17,722 bases of DNA from an uncultured Nitrososphaerales archaeon. GTDB taxonomy: Archaea > Thermoproteota > Nitrososphaeria > Nitrososphaerales > Nitrososphaeraceae. Numbering within the stretch: the first letter of the stretch is position 1; each line of letters opens with the position of its first letter. Position numbers and translations under genes: made by a program. Location: NCBI GenBank assembly GCA_963713605.1, contig CAVQMO010000008.1, forward strand, positions 1-17,722, given 5' to 3'. The notes beneath the pieces were generated by a model. The model searched no databases and was not told the origin of the DNA. It saw nothing but the letters and a program-made list of their open reading frames with translations. Of the stretch, positions 16,774 through 17,722 are shown one piece after another.

Positions 16774-17088
16774 CTAGTTATTTTCTCCGCCGTCCCCGCT
16801 CTGTCCATCATTGTCTTCGTCCCCTCCGTCTCCATCACCGTCTCCGCTTCCGCCGTTATCACCACCACCGTCACCTGAAGTATCTGTTGCAGAGGGCAAA
16901 CTCATATTTCCGCCAGTCATGTTTCCGCCAGTCATGTTTCCGCCAGTCATGTTTCCGCCAGTCATATTTCCGCCAGTCATGTTTCCGCCAGTCGTGTTTG
17001 ATTGGGCATAGATGGTGGATGCAACTCCAGTCACCAATACCGACGCAACGATTGCGACGCCTATTGCTACAAATATTTGGCTTTTCAT
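16774..17088 (-). CDS. Secreted low-complexity protein with (TGGNM)6 repeat and Gly/Asp-rich tail
   Basis: MKSQIFVAIGVAIVASVLVTGVASTIYA|Q looks like a signal peptide; repeat block; acidic Gly-rich C-terminus. Alternative ATG at 17103. Confidence 0.85.
   Translation of the reverse strand: MKSQIFVAIGVAIVASVLVTGVASTIYAQSNTTGGNMTGGNMTGGNMTGGNMTGGNMTGGNMSLPSATDTSGDGGGDNGGSGDGDGDGGDEDNDGQSGDGGENN
16903..16992. repeat. 15-bp coding tandem repeat x6
   Basis: CAT(A/G)TTTCCGCCAGT x6, contiguous with no spacers. Confidence 0.95.
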
Positions 17089-17295
17089 CGAACTGCCATT
17101 CATCTTATGATATATGGCAATTCCAGTACGTATCGACTAGAAGAAAGTTTCTATATCTTGAATTTTATCGAGAAAACATCCAATTTACATTCAAATTACA
17201 TAATTGGGTAGACACACTGGCAGAATACTGACTGTAATGGTTTTATTGAATATTGTACAACATACGGTGTCAAGAGAAATTCTGACATGTTCATC

Positions 17296-17339
17296 AAGAC
17301 ATAGTCGATGTGTAGACTCTTCCAATCGACTATGTTTTT
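17296..17339 (+). other. Long hairpin / inverted repeat ending in a T run
   Basis: ACATAGTCGAT (17299-17309) / ATCGACTATGT (17325-17335) perfect 11 bp, extendable to 14 with one G-U; 15-nt loop. Confidence 0.55.
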
Positions 17340-17386
17340 CGTCCGTAAGTCATCATCAAGATTATGACCATCTACTTGTTATCATC

Positions 17387-17530
17387 AACTATGTAGTGTG
17401 GGCAGCTAGTGGATCGATATTGTACCGGGAGTCAACGGATAGCGGAGAAACATTCGATGATACGTTGAGTAATATCAGCCTAGACGGAGGCATAGTGTCT
17501 TCATTTGTACCACTAATAAGAGCTTCTTAA
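17387..17530 (+). pseudogene. Single BNR/Asp-box (sialidase-like beta-propeller) blade fragment
   Basis: NYVVW..SGSILYRESTDSGETF..NIS....S..PLIRAS*; the Asp-box SxDxGxTF is at 17432-17455; the upstream part of ORF 17204..17530 does not look protein-like. Confidence 0.65.
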
Positions 17531-17722
17531 CTGGAAGCCTGCCTACTACGCTCACTTTGGAACCAAGAAATGTGTCTGAATCCGACACTTTCGACTCCCA
17601 TACAATTGACCTAAAGGTATGATCGAACCATGGTATCGTTTAGCGATAATCCATCGCATGTAACGGTTAGCAAAACGGTCATCAATAGACTTCAGGCAGG
17701 AAAACGTCCATGGTGATTAGCC

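Noticed and set aside
16903..16992. Regular repeats as a possible CRISPR array
   Set aside because: The 15-bp units are contiguous with no spacers, are in frame within a signal-peptide ORF, and no cas genes are present.
17531..17722. Coding potential at the right edge
   Set aside because: Only short frames on both strands and no motif recognised.

Overview
AT-rich, gene-sparse window that reads as archaeal, most likely a soil ammonia-oxidising archaeon (Nitrososphaeraceae). This is inferred from TATA-like boxes about 25-35 nt before start codons, stand-alone receiver and MEDS-like proteins, a haloarchaeal-type DpsA, a single-TRAM protein and Asp-box/NxT-repeat secreted proteins. Intact genes: DUF72 protein, a small very basic protein, a Zn-dependent MDR dehydrogenase, Dps, a MEDS-like / receiver / ribbon-helix-helix trio, a polysaccharide deacetylase plus hexapeptide acetyltransferase pair, TRAM protein, YsnF/AvaK (DUF2382) protein and a secreted (TGGNM)6 protein. 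Much of the 'intergenic' DNA is gene debris: a Hanks-type Ser/Thr kinase and a neighbouring gene broken only by +1 frameshifts, a gene missing from the ORF track that carries one amber stop, an inverted copy of the MEDS promoter and 5' end, a 3' remnant of a second dps, an internally deleted receiver gene and other fragments. Unexplained non-coding structure includes a ~100-bp tandem duplication with a conserved stem (5797-5995) and several long inverted repeats. No rRNA, tRNA, CRISPR array or transposase was recognised. The best system-level hypothesis is a stress/dormancy gene cluster with local signalling parts; this is inference, not a demonstrated system.
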